Shown here: piece after piece, positions 51,931 to 64,000 of the stretch
Numbering within the stretch: the stretch's first letter is position 1
How the letters are laid out: the number at the start of each line of letters is the position of its first letter
Source: Camelus dromedarius
Taxonomy: Eukaryota
Assembly (NCBI RefSeq): GCF_036321535.1
Contig: NC_087438.1
Span: 36,332,001 to 36,396,000 of the forward strand
Direction of reading: 5' to 3'
DNA: 64,000 nt
Made by a program: the position numbers and the translations under genes
The notes under the pieces: generated by a model
What the model was told of the DNA's origin: nothing
The model's database searches: none
Seen by the model: only the letters and a program-made list of their open reading frames with translations

Positions 51931-54223
51931 AAGGGAGACTGGATGGAGACAGGGACAGCGATAGCGGACTGAGGACTCCTAGGCATATGCGGGAGGTGAA
52001 TGAGGGCAATGGGCCCACAGGAGGGCACCACCAGCTACCAAGGGACCCAAGAAATGGGCGCAGAAGTCCAACTTGGTTTACTTTGTGGGCCCAAGATTTC
52101 AAATCTTTCCTGCTTTGGTTACCTGTGTCACATAGAGAGGCTTTACTATTTCAAAGTGCTGCAGCTTTAAATATGGTCTCATATGGTCCAAAAGAAAAGC
52201 CGGAAGTTCAGCGAAAGGAATAAATGACAACGGGAAATGGAGTCATTTATGTGGAAAAACTGTAAGAGGAGCACAATGCTGGCCTTGTGTTATAAATGAA
52301 CAAGGAGGCCCAAGGAGGTAAGTGTCATCATGGTTTCAGCTGACATTTGGAATTACCCTCAGTCTTCTCCGCAGGGTAAAGGGCAGGACATACCACTTCT
52401 GAGTTTTACTGCTAACCACAGGGAGGGAGAGGGTGCATGGTTCCTCCAGAGTATATTCTTAACCTTTGGTGGGGGTGGGGGTTGGGGTAGTTATGGATCC
52501 TTACTGAAAAATTGAAAAAATTGTGGACTCCTTCCTCAGAAAAACGTATGCTAACATACTCACATGCCCACACACGTAATATTACATACAGTTGTAGGGG
52601 TTCTAAAAGGGACCTGTCTTGTTAACCTTTTTACCCTCCAATGCCAGATGTACAGTAGGTCTCACTAAATATTTATTAAGTGATTGAGTAAATAAATGAG
52701 TGAGGCATTATGCTTATACAAAATCATGGTCAAAATGCAAATATCTAAGGTGGGAGTAGCTAAGGTTTCAGCACCCATTAATACGAATTCATTTATCAGA
52801 GTGGTTTTCAACCCCAGCTGGACATCACAGTCTCCTGGAGGAACGGGAAACGTATACATATCTCTGTCATGTGCACAGTCTCCCTCATACCCCAAAGATA
52901 CACAAATAGTTAAGCCAAGTATATCAGTGACCTTTCTCAGAACAAAGCCAGGTCTGTCAGTGTAAACTCACATCTTCTCAACTGAGCACACTGTTCTTTT
53001 GATTTTGCCAAATTGCTTCTTGGAGGATAAAAACAGGGCTTCCCACTCACAAAGATCCCAAATCAGAAGTGAGATCTGGGAATCTGTTGTTTTACAAGCA
53101 CTGCTGCTGATTCCATTGCAAGGCCATGTCCCAAGAAGCAGCTCTAAACTGGGGGTGTGGTGGAGAAAGGGGGAGCAGAGGAGGCATGTTGGTCAGAATC
53201 CCCTGGGGAGAGTTTTCAAAATGCACATACATGAGCCCCACCCCAGATCTATGGAATCAGAAAACGGATGATGGGAATGAATACACAGAAAATGTTGGAT
53301 TCTGATACCACTCTCACCTCAGCTGAGAACCAACACACATGGGATGCTTCTTGGTTGCCCAGCCGGGTTGCCCTGGGGCCACCACTACAGTGGTGGCCCC
53401 CGACCAGACAGAGGACTGGGCTCTGGGCAGAGAGTGGCGTGAGGGGGACAGGGCAGGTGATTAGATACTGAAAGTGTGTAGGAGGGTGCTCAGGGCAGGT
53501 GGGGATGGCAAAAACAAGCTTTGCCCAGGGCTGGCCCTGCTACAAAGTAACTGAAGCCAAGATTGGAGGAACAAAAACAGAGTAGTTTCTAAATCACTTC
53601 TGTTTTCCCCTTAACTCAGACACAAATGTCAACCCTGAAAGTGCCAGGTGCCCATCTCTGCTGTGTGTGGCACGTGAAAACGCCTGGGTGAAACCGCTGC
53701 AGGGCAGGCAGAATCACAGGGGTCATGGCAGCAGTTCAGCAAGGGTGCCCTCACTGGGATGATGGAAATAAACAGTGCAGGTGTCTATGTTAGGCATCAA
53801 AAAGCAGAATGGGCTACCAAGTTCGTTGAAAGGATGCAATGGTCCTGCTCTCCTCTGAAGGACAGAATAGGTAACGCCTAGTTAATCATTTCCTTTGAAT
53901 GATTTCCCTATGCTATGGTCATCCTTTCACCTTTGTCTCAGTTTTCCCCTCTTTGGACTAGATTTATGATTTCTCTGGTCCTGTGCACTGATACAGATGC
54001 CCTTTTCGGATAGTGAGGTAGGGTCATGCGCCACGATTTTCATTGTTCACGACTCAGGGTCACCTGGATTTACTCTGCTTTGGAGGATTTGGAAGCAAGA
54101 AGAGAGTCATGGTCCAAAGACTTTGAAGGGATTTTCCAAGTAATTCTTTGAAGGTTTATCCTGGTTTACTTACTGTGAGCCAGTAGCAACCACTGAGATT
54201 GAGAGAGAGAATGAGAGAGAAGG

Positions 54224-54270
54224 GTGTGCGTGTGTGCGTGTGTGCGCGCGCGCATGTGTGTGTGTGTGTA
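54224..54270. repeat. Alternating purine-pyrimidine (TG/CG)n tract
   Basis: gtgtgcgtgtgtgcgtgtgtgcgcgcgcgcatgtgtgtgtgtgtgta, 47 nt strictly alternating. Confidence 0.95.
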
Positions 54271-54544
54271 ACAGCCAGGTGGGCTCTGTCTGATATTCTA
54301 TAACTTCTCCCCCTCTTTACCTCATAACTGATGTACCCAAATCCTCCCAAGTGACGGGTTTGCTGCTGCCCCCGTGGATGTGAATGGAGGGGAGGAGGGC
54401 AGCGTGTATCTCACGTGCTCTGTCATACATATAAAGTTGATACCAGTGCTGGGGCTGTACCTTTGAAAATCTTTCAGGTCTGACATACTCAGAATTGTTA
54501 ACATCACTTTACACCATTTATACTTGAGACAAGTCCACTGGCTA

Positions 54545-54682
<138 letters not shown>

Positions 54683-55889
54683 CTACAAAACCACAATCAG
54701 AGGGGCAGAGATGAGCGCAGGCTATCAGGAAGGAAGGTGGAGCACACACTTTCTCCTCAGGCCTGAGGCATCACCAGATGCACTGGCTGCAGCCTGTCAG
54801 TTCACTTGCTCCTTAAGCCATTCATTCAGCAGAGATGCATTCAGCTTCTGCTCTGTGCCACACAAACAGGTGTTAAGGACACTATAGTGACTAAGATAAA
54901 CAAGATCCTTGTCCTCATGGGAATTACTCTGTGGCAGAGGAAGACACAGTAAATGCTGGCAAACAAGCAGAAGGATTTTCCAGATGGTTGAATGCTGTAA
55001 TGAACGCACTCAGAGTGCTGTGATAGAGTAACCACAGGGGGCGAAACTGTTCTACGAGAGCCTCTGTGAGCTGGGCTAGGGGAAGAGACCAGCGAACAAC
55101 AACTCACAGGGGCAGGCACTGTGACAGAGTCATGCTAGGATGCCATCTCCCATCACCGGGGCAGGGACACTGTTCTACTGCAGCGTCCCCAGTGACCAGA
55201 ACCAGGCCTAGATAAGCAGCTGTTGAATGGATGGACGGATGGAGAGGGAGAGGAGGTGAGCCCTGTGAGATGAGATTGGAGAAGGAGGCAGGGCTGATCC
55301 TGGGTGTGTGGGATGGGGGATACCGACACTGCATAAGGCATTTGGATTTTATTCTAAAGTCAATGGAAGGACAGTGAAGAATGTTAAGCGATGTTGACAT
55401 GATCTTATTTACACTGTTTAGAAGAAATCACTCTGTGGCAGCTTGGAGAACAGATGTGGATGAGTCAATCTGGTGAATCTCACCTTCTTTCAGAGCTTGA
55501 AGTCACACATTCTAGGCATCATTTAGTAATAAAACAAGCGTTTGCTGGGAAATGTTTGCCAAAGAGGACTAGTATTCTTTGGAAGCATACTATGAAAGGA
55601 TGGCCTCTTCTCCTTGCTTATGGCTCTCAATTACATGAAATATGTCTAAAATGACTCTAGATTTGCTCCTGGTAAAAGGAGCAAAAGATTTGAGTTGCTC
55701 TGACTCTTTTTTTGGTGTCGTCTCTGCAGATAACATAGAGTCACTACCTTAGTCTTCCCTGCCCATCCAAGATGAGCTGAGTGGAGGGGATGGGCCCCAG
55801 ACTAGCTAGGAGTGCAGAGCTAACACTACTCCAGAGATCTTTATGAGTTCTTATGCATATTATCTCATGTAATCCTCCAAACAGCTTTT

Positions 55890-56340
55890 TGAATTAAGTA
55901 TTGTGGCGAAGTCTGCTTCGTGCTTACCAAACTGTTTCCTCTTCCTCCAGGCACAGAGTCAGTCTGCATTCCCCAGCCTCCCAACAGAGAGATGTGGCTG
56001 CGAGATTGAGTCCTGACCACATTGCAGTATGAGCAGAAGGGTTAGAAGGATGGAAGTCCCCTCCCTACCCATGCCTGCCTAGAAAACAAAACTTATGAAG
56101 TCTTCCAAGTATCCAAATATTCTCTTTCCTCATCTGACAACTGAATATAGAGGACAAGGCTCAAGAAGGTGCTGGAATCACGTGATTAAAAAGCCCAAGA
56201 CCCTGGATGATAAGATAGAACAGGGCCACCTTGTCAACCAGCATTGGACTATGAAGAAAGCAGGAAGTTGGCTTCCGTTGTGTCAGGCCACTGAGATTCT
56301 GAGTTGTTGCTGTTGCAGTTAGCCAACTCTGACAGGTGCC
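55890..56340 (+). mobile_element. Old MaLR LTR (MLT1H/I-like)
   Basis: tgtggc...cattccccagcctccc...gatgtggctgcgagattgagtcctgacc...gtcaggccactgagattctgagttgttgctgttgcagttagcc. Confidence 0.65.
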
Positions 56341-57939
56341 ATTTCATTACACGGAAGAGGAAGCTGAGCTCTAGGGAAGTTCACAAGTCTGTGAATGAGC
56401 ACAAAACTGAATCTAAGGTTTGAGGTTTGTGGGGCAGTGAGCTTTAGAATGTTAAATCCCCTGCACCAGTTCCATATTCTAAATCATGACATTATAGTCT
56501 GCTTTCAAGTTTCAAGTTTCAAGTGTCACGTAACACTGAGTCTCCCAAGATACACTTAAAAATGTTTCAAGAAATTGGTTCCATATGGAAAAGAATGCTG
56601 GTCTAAAAGCAGTGGAAATTCTTGTTCTTATTCCAATAGCTGAATATTTACTCAGGATTTAGAATAGCTCAGTGTATTTCCGTAGGTCCTCTCCATTTTT
56701 AATTTGGCCCACTGGGATTAGAAATCTGGACTCCAGGGAATCAGATCCTTTTTATTGTGCATGGATTGCCTCTTTCCCAGTGCTGAGTCCCCTTGCTTCT
56801 GAATCATTGGCTTCATCATGAAGTGGCACCAGCATCCAGGGATAAAGACATCAGAGGCAATTTTGAAGTCACAGGAGTGTAAGCTTCATGAAGGCAGGGT
56901 CTTTGTCTGCTTGTCTGAATCCTTAGAGCCTAGAACAGTGCCAGGCACACTGTAGATGCTAAGTAAATGCTTATTAAATGAATGAGGGATTTCTTACTGT
57001 TCTTGAATTTTTTGCTTTGGTAAAATTTGGCTTTGCTGTTTAAAATCATACACACAAGAAAGAAAGGTAGAAAATGACTTCTTTATGGAAAATGAACTTG
57101 TCTGATATGATCATTGTTACTAACTCTTCAATTGAAACCTGCTGAAATTCTTGATGAGTGCTCCAAATGAGGTAGATGGCAATCACTACATGCAGAGATA
57201 CAGATTTAGCAATGTGAGAATTCAGTGTGAAAATGTGGCTGTCAATTAAACTGTGATTATGCACTGTTAACACTGTCTCCTAAACACAGTTTCTAGGCTT
57301 CAAGAGTTACCTTCTTAAAACAACAATCCTCTCCCACCCGCCCCACCAAGAAAACAAAAACAAAAACAAAAAGTAACAACCAAAACCCCCCAGCTCCTGC
57401 ACTGGCAAAGGCTGGGGAAGAGCACTACCATTTTTTATATACCTGCTTGGTGCCAAGTGCTTTATATATGTCAATTCATTGAATCTTTACAACAATCCTA
57501 AAGGGACAGGTATTTTTAGGCCCATTTTACAGGTAAGGAAACTGAAAAACAGGTTAAACAATTTTCCTAAGGCCACCCACTGGGTACAAGCAAAATTGGG
57601 ATTCAAATCCAGGTCCTTCCTTCCAACTCTGGAGGAAAATGCTCTTTCCACACATCATGCAAGTAGACTTCTATTTTCCAGAATGGTAGTTCTCAGTAGC
57701 CTAAGGGTTGCCACCCTATATTATTTGTTTCATTTGGTATCAGCTCTAGGCCTCTTCTAAAAGTACAGCTGGCAAATATTTATTTTTGTATGGTATTGAA
57801 ATATGTACATTCTCCTCCCACTCCTCCTTTACCCTGAAATTTGGGATCAGTGTTATAAATAACTGTTGATCCCCTGAGTGGCCCTAAAGCAAGACTTGAA
57901 TTACTCCATTATTTCTCTAAATAATAATACATACTATAA

Positions 57940-58032
57940 TATATAATATATATTTATATTTATATTATAAATATAAATATAAATATATATTATATAATTA
58001 TACTATAATGTATAATATATAGTATAATTATA
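57940..58032. repeat. AT-rich inverted repeats (two overlapping hairpins)
   Basis: 57940-57966 is the exact reverse complement of 57970-57996; 57993-58007 is the exact reverse complement of 58018-58032. Confidence 0.9.
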
Positions 58033-60969
58033 CTACAATGTAAACAGGTTGCAAACATTCAGTCAAGTCAAGGGAAATTTCCTGTTGCTTTTTTTTTTTT
58101 TTTTTTTCAATTGGACTAATGAGAAACAAAAACACATCCTCTTAGGGTTAGTAATATGAAAACCAAAACTTTCAAAATCAGCTCAAGTGCAGCTCTTTGT
58201 ATTGCACAACACACTTTGTTTAGGAACATTCTTCCTACAACTGCCTCCTCCTTCCTTCAACTTCTGTTAAAACATCTAACACATTGTGGTTGTGTTAAGA
58301 CTCTGGTGGCCATTTAAAGAGCAGACTTCAGGCAATTAGTGTTTGCACTGAGCTGTGCCAGGAATTAAGATTAAGCTGTAGTACACTAAGGTAGAGGCTG
58401 TGGCTTATTCACTGAGCACACAGTAGGTGTTCAAGAAATGTTCACAGGAAGACTTAGTGAGTTGCTAATTATACTTTTTATATACCAAATTATATTTATA
58501 TTTATACTCCCCTTGGGAGTATTCATGGGGAGTATGAAATACCAGAGTTGGTGGAATGCAAGTCAGCCACCTGTGTCCAAACTGTGGTGACTTTTCCTAC
58601 AAGCTTTTCATTGAGTCATCAGGGACTCAGTTGGGCCTTCAAAGAATCTAAAGGCTGAAAATCTAGGAGTCATCTGCAAACATGCTGCAACAAACACCCA
58701 GATGGCCCTGGTGACAGCAGAATTCCCTTTTTTGAAAAAAAATAAGGAGTGCTGGCTCCAAGAGTGAAGAGTAACTTACATTCATTTAAGAGCACAGCTC
58801 TCTAGAATGTTTTGAAGGGAAATGTTACGTTTTGCTTGACTTAGGATCCATTTCGAGATTGCTGATAGGACTACTGCGTGTGGTAACTCTTGGGTGTGGG
58901 GTGGAGTTGCTTTGTAACAGTGCTCTTGTGCAGATGAGTAATTCTGTACCTTATGCCTATGCCACCAACATTTCAGTTAAGGGTTTTCAAAGTCCTATCA
59001 GGTTCTCAGAACTTTTTTTCCAAAACCACTGTAACTTTTGTGTTTTATGAACCAGAAATCTGATTAAGTGCTTAGCACTTTTCATGTTTCAGAACTGCAC
59101 TTTTAGACCAGCTCTTGCAGACACTGAATGGTACCGAGATAGAAATGTGTGATGTGGCGGGACAGAACTACAGCAGGTGGCTGAGAGATCAGCAAAACAA
59201 TTCTAGATCCTTCAGAGGAGTCCAGTTTGCCTCTGGCATTGACATTTTAATATTCACATATTATTAATCTCCCAACCACATGTGACTACCCCTCACAAAA
59301 GTTATAAAGGCTATTCTGTTTACGAAAGATTGGAATTAATGATGTACTTTAAAAGATTCTAAAAAAATAAACAAAACAAAACTCTGGATGTTAGAAGTGC
59401 AACAGTGAAAGTCATTTTCTCAAATTTATTTGGGAAAAATCTTAAATATAAAGATTAGTAATGCATTAATAAAAAAGCTTATGTATTACTATTATAAATT
59501 TGTTCTTTGAAATATTCTGATATCTGCTTTTCAATATAATTGGTTTTTTTGGTAATCCTATGCATTTTATTTTATGTAATGTCAGACATTTTTCTGAGAC
59601 GGATTCCACTGGCTTCCCCAGCATACCAGATGTGTCCATATCATAGAAATGGACAAGGAGTCCTGTCTTAGAGTCTACAGTACATTTCGGAAGATCTCAA
59701 ATGTTGTAAAATCTTATTTTTTGAGAGTAGATTTTGGAAATAATTAAAAGTCACTTGGAGTCAAGTCTGATAAATAAAATGGGTCACTGAGTTGAATCAA
59801 CAAAATAAAGAGAGAAAGAGTCAATAAAATAAAATAACATGATATTTTCTTGAATTTAAAATTTAATTCTCTATTTATCTAAACATATTTTTTTTGGGGA
59901 GACTCAACTATGTGCAAGTTATTGAACTAGCTTCTAGAATACAAAGATAAAGAAGACATGGTCTGCCTCTAGAAATTTATGGGGGGAGGAGAAGAGAGGA
60001 GAGAAGGAAGTGAGGGCCCTTAAGTGGTAGTGATTCTACTCCAATTTTTAAGGTACTCACTTTTAGGATAAAAATTCTGGTGCATTAAAATTTTTTTGCT
60101 TTATTATTTTATCTTTTGCCAACTGTAAAGTAAAAAGATTTATAGAGGCAGGGACTATTTCTATTGATTTTGCCTTTATAATACACAATCTCTACTTGTG
60201 CTTATATCTTAGGAATGTTATAAGTGGATTTTTGTGCAAAGAATTATATCCAAAGGTTCACATCTGTTTTTGCAACTTGAACTTATTTTCTCAGAGTGCT
60301 GTTGTGCTGGAAGTTTGGATTGTTAGGCCACTCATAAAAATCTACTTATACCAGAATGTGAGAATGTGCATTTAATGTAGGATCAACAATCTATCTTTAA
60401 CAAAGAGTCCTATTGTACTAAATAAATGCTCTATAGTAGAAAAACAAAAACAAAAACAAAAACAAAAACGCTATCTATCCTAAATACCATACACAACAGT
60501 GCTTTTCTGGAGAAATGCATTCAAAGTTCTAACCCAGATACAAATAGCTCATAGCCCCCCTTGATGGGTCACTCTTCCTGTTAAAGCTAAAATGAGAGCA
60601 GGACAGATTAGGTTCCAGGAGTCTAGCAACTTTTAACTCTCTGTAGTGGCAAGAGACAAGCCTCTCACTTTGTCAATGATTCCCTGAGGTCCAGAGAACA
60701 AAGACACAAAGGATGATCTGACCCATATTGTTTTTCCCACTGTTAAACTCTGTAGTGTGGACAGCTTCTAAATAATTAAGCAATGTGGCTAATGAAAAAG
60801 GAAAAACAAACAGATCATTGGAGCGAGAACAAAGAGTTCAGAAATGGAACCACATATTCTTAAAAAATCTTGTAACAAAGTAAGAGAAAATTTAGCATAA
60901 TGTGGTTATGTCCCTGGGGGTAAAGAAGGCCTTCTTTTAAAAGATAATAAAAGCAAAAGCAGTAATGGA

Positions 60970-61372
60970 CAAGGATAATCATTTTGATTACATCGTATTT
61001 TAAAATTTCTGTATAGGAAAAGATACCACAAAAAGTTCTAAAATAAGCAATAGACTGTGAAAAAATATTTGCAGTCTAACAGCAGACAAAGGATTAATGT
61101 TCAGAATGTAAAATAAACTCCTATGAATCCACAAGAAAATTACAAGTAACCCAACAGATTAGTGAATAGACAAAGGACCTAAGCAGGACCTAGAAGATCT
61201 AAAAATGACCATCGTACCTATGAAATTATGCTCAATCTCACTATTAGGGAAATGCAAATTAAAGCAACAACAAGAAAATCCAACAACAGGAAAACGATAA
61301 TAAACACCCTTTTATAACAATGGGTGGAGCAATAAATTGATACAGCCACTTTGATGAACATGCATATCAAAA
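60970..61372 (+). mobile_element. Old L1 ORF2-end fragment
   Basis: aaaatatttgcag...gacaaaggattaatgttcagaatgtaa...ctattagggaaatgcaaattaaagcaac. Confidence 0.75.
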
Positions 61373-61527
61373 NNNNNNNNNNNNNNNNNNNNNNNNNNNN
61401 NNNNNNNNNNNNNNNNNNNNNNNNNNNNNNNNNNNNNNNNNNNNNNNNNNNNNNNNNNNNNNNNNNNNNNNNNNNNNNNNNNNNNNNNNNNNNNNNNNNN
61501 NNNNNNNNNNNNNNNNNNNNNNNNNNN
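61373..61527. other. Assembly gap (155 N) inside L1 sequence
   Basis: Run of n. Confidence 1.
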
Positions 61528-62078
61528 ACTAATTTGAAAAGATAAGTGCACCCCAATATTCATAGCAGCATTATTTACAATAGCCAAGACATGGAAGCAA
61601 CCCATCCCTCAACAGAGGATTGGATAAAGAAGATGGAATATTATTCAGCCATAAAAAAGAACGAAATACTGCCATTTGCAGCAATGTGGATACACATAGA
61701 GATTGTTATACTTAGTGAAATAAGTCAGAGAAAGATAAATACTATGTGACATCACTTATATGTGGAATCTAAAAAATAATACAAATGAAGGATATACAAA
61801 ACAGAAACAGACTCATAGATATAGAAAACAAACTTGTTGCTACCAAAGGGGAGAGGGAAGGGAAGGGAGACAAATTTGGGGTATGGAATTAATAGATACA
61901 AACTACTATACATAAAATAGATAATCAACAAGGATCTACTGTATAGCACAGGGAATTATACCCATTATCTTGTAATAACCTATAATGGAATATAATCTGC
62001 AAAAATACTGAATCACTATGCTATACACCTGAAACTAACATAATATTGTAAATCAGCTGTACTTCAATTAAAAAAAAC
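61528..62078 (+). mobile_element. Younger artiodactyl/camelid L1 3' end
   Basis: gaaaagataagtgcaccccaatattcatagcagcattatttacaatagccaagacatggaagcaacc...ctgtatagcacagggaattata...ctgtacttcaattaaaaaaa; followed by older L1ME-like sequence at ~62150-62600. Confidence 0.9.
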
Positions 62079-62409
62079 AGCCTTCCCCACCTCTGCCTCA
62101 ATGTACATTTTCTAACAATGTACATTGTCTAACAAGGCTTCTTCTAAAGAAATGTTTGTATAAAATTCTCAAGGAGGTTTATAAAAGTACATTCTTCAGA
62201 GTAATGTTTATAATGGTGAAACATTGGAGACAACCTAAAGATCCATTCACAGGAGAACAGAAAATAAAAGGAGGTATTTTCATAGTATGAAACATTATGA
62301 AGCCATTAAAAGGAATGAGCCATATGTTAGGTATTAACATGGATAGAGCTCTAAGACATATTATTGAGTGAAAGAACAAAGCTGCAGAGCAATATATAAC
62401 ATGAAATAC

Positions 62410-62413
<4 letters not shown>

Positions 62414-62447
<34 letters not shown>
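62414..62447. repeat. (CA)n microsatellite
   Basis: Read directly. Confidence 0.97.
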
Positions 62448-62449
<2 letters not shown>

Positions 62450-64000
62450 GTATACATGAGGTTAGAAAAGATACAAATCAGACAGCAATTACCTGGGGGC
62501 AAGGTGGTAGGGTGGAAGTAATCAAAGACTCCCAGTATTACTGGTAATATTTAAATGTTTAAGAAGCAAATGTGTTCATGTATTACTTATACAAGTAAAA
62601 ACTAATACAAAAACTTTGTTTTAAGTCACTGAGCTCAAATCAGGACAGTATCTAAAGTGACAGTCACCTTTCTGATACAAAGTGGTACATACCACATTTT
62701 GTTTTACATGTGCAATACAATGGCTTCAGAAACAGATTTTTTATTTCCTTCTGTCCCCCTCTACATTTTTCAGTTTCAGTTTACAATCGAATATGCCTCT
62801 TAATGAAGTTATATTTCTATCAGTTGATCCTTTAATCTTTAACCGTTATTGTGATAAGCTTGGGAGTCCTTCAGTTATTCTTGGAAAATAATTTAATTCA
62901 GACTATATAGGGGTTATGTCTTGTTCTTTCCTCTTGTCATTAGGAAACCATAATGCTTTGCCAGCACTGGCTTACCTTTTCCCTGATTTCTTTTGCCTTT
63001 GCTGTTTTTTGCTTCCTGTTATTTAGCAGATGTAGGGTGTGTGTGTGCTTTAACTATTACTCTCTCAAGTGTAATGGAGCTGACGTTGTGCTTGGAACTT
63101 ATTGGAAAAGTGATTGAGGGAGGAGACAGTAGGTGATGGCTTGTGCAGAACACTGAGAAGCCAAATGCAGGAACTCCACCAAGGTAATGAATGAAAAAGA
63201 AAGCCTGGGCTGTGTTCTTTCCATTTCAGAACTGACCTTATTTCCCAATGGCAAAGAGTTTCTAGCCTTTGCAAATTTACATGGATTGGCTCACACTAGC
63301 AATATACATAAATGAAAAACACAGGCAAGCATTAATAGTTGGCTTCAGGTGGATTTCAGACATGCTGTGTTGTGACACAGTGCGAATAGGGAGCTGTGAC
63401 ACTGGGAGGAAGTGTCCTTTTTGAGGCTCCTGCTCAAAAAAGCTAACAGGTCAGAATGCTGGTGTAAGAGCAGGAAGAATTTCCTTTGCATGAGAAGGAA
63501 CCAGAGACTTTTCTAATATTTTCCACATATTATCCAAAAAGTATTATAGTTCTCACTGTAAGAAAGGCTTTTGTCTATTTTCATTGTCTCCACCAACCAG
63601 GGGCCTCCCAGGGTGGGGAAAAATAGGGAATCATTTTGCTGGGGGATGTTCATTCCGCTGAGGGGTGGACAGAGTTGAATGTCTATAAGGGGAATTCAGC
63701 TTCAGGGTATGAATGACTGAATTTGCCCTCTTTCTTGTAAGTTCCAGTTTGAGGGGTGACGGCAGGAATTGGAGGTGGAAGAAGTCGTTAGCAAGTTGCC
63801 CAGAGTCTAGAAGTTCATGATCAGCTGACAGGATCAATTGCAAGCCTCCAAGTTCCCTGCTTTCACACTGTGGGCTGAGTGATCAGAGTGTGCTTTCTCA
63901 TCTCTGGTTCTCATTTTTAAAGCAGAAGTTTAAAACAGTACAGTATTCTCTCATCTGGGGTTTTGCTTTAAACCACTGAAGGTGTGGGGAGTGAAAGCAG

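Noticed and set aside
54683-64000. Search for ANKRD55 exon 6 (LLTVLLQQSN...NHQDNE)
   Set aside because: No match seen; it probably lies beyond the right edge of the window.

Overview
This is mammalian genomic DNA, not prokaryotic. Two tRNA-derived vic-1-type SINEs point to a camelid (alpaca/camel). The window holds the 3' part of ANKRD55 on the minus strand: six coding exons matching human exons 7-12 at 54682-54554, 44508-44324, 38826-38659, 36944-36286, 29642-29550 and 27637-27516. All introns are GT-AG, and the 1356 nt join into one open frame (451 aa plus stop). Bases 1-27100 are downstream intergenic DNA, the IL6ST-facing side by human synteny (recalled, not visible here). That region carries decayed processed pseudogenes of MCTS1 and FTL, a tailless retrocopy of the 5' half of tRNA-Gly(GCC) with a perfect 17-bp target-site duplication, and several LTRs, including a MER41-like LTR with an intact STAT (GAS) site. 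The rest is L1, L2, MIR, MaLR and hAT debris, microsatellites and two assembly gaps. I found no convincing new multi-gene system; apart from the ANKRD55 exons, the ORF-track entries look spurious. Repeat family names come from recalled consensus sequences and their boundaries are approximate.
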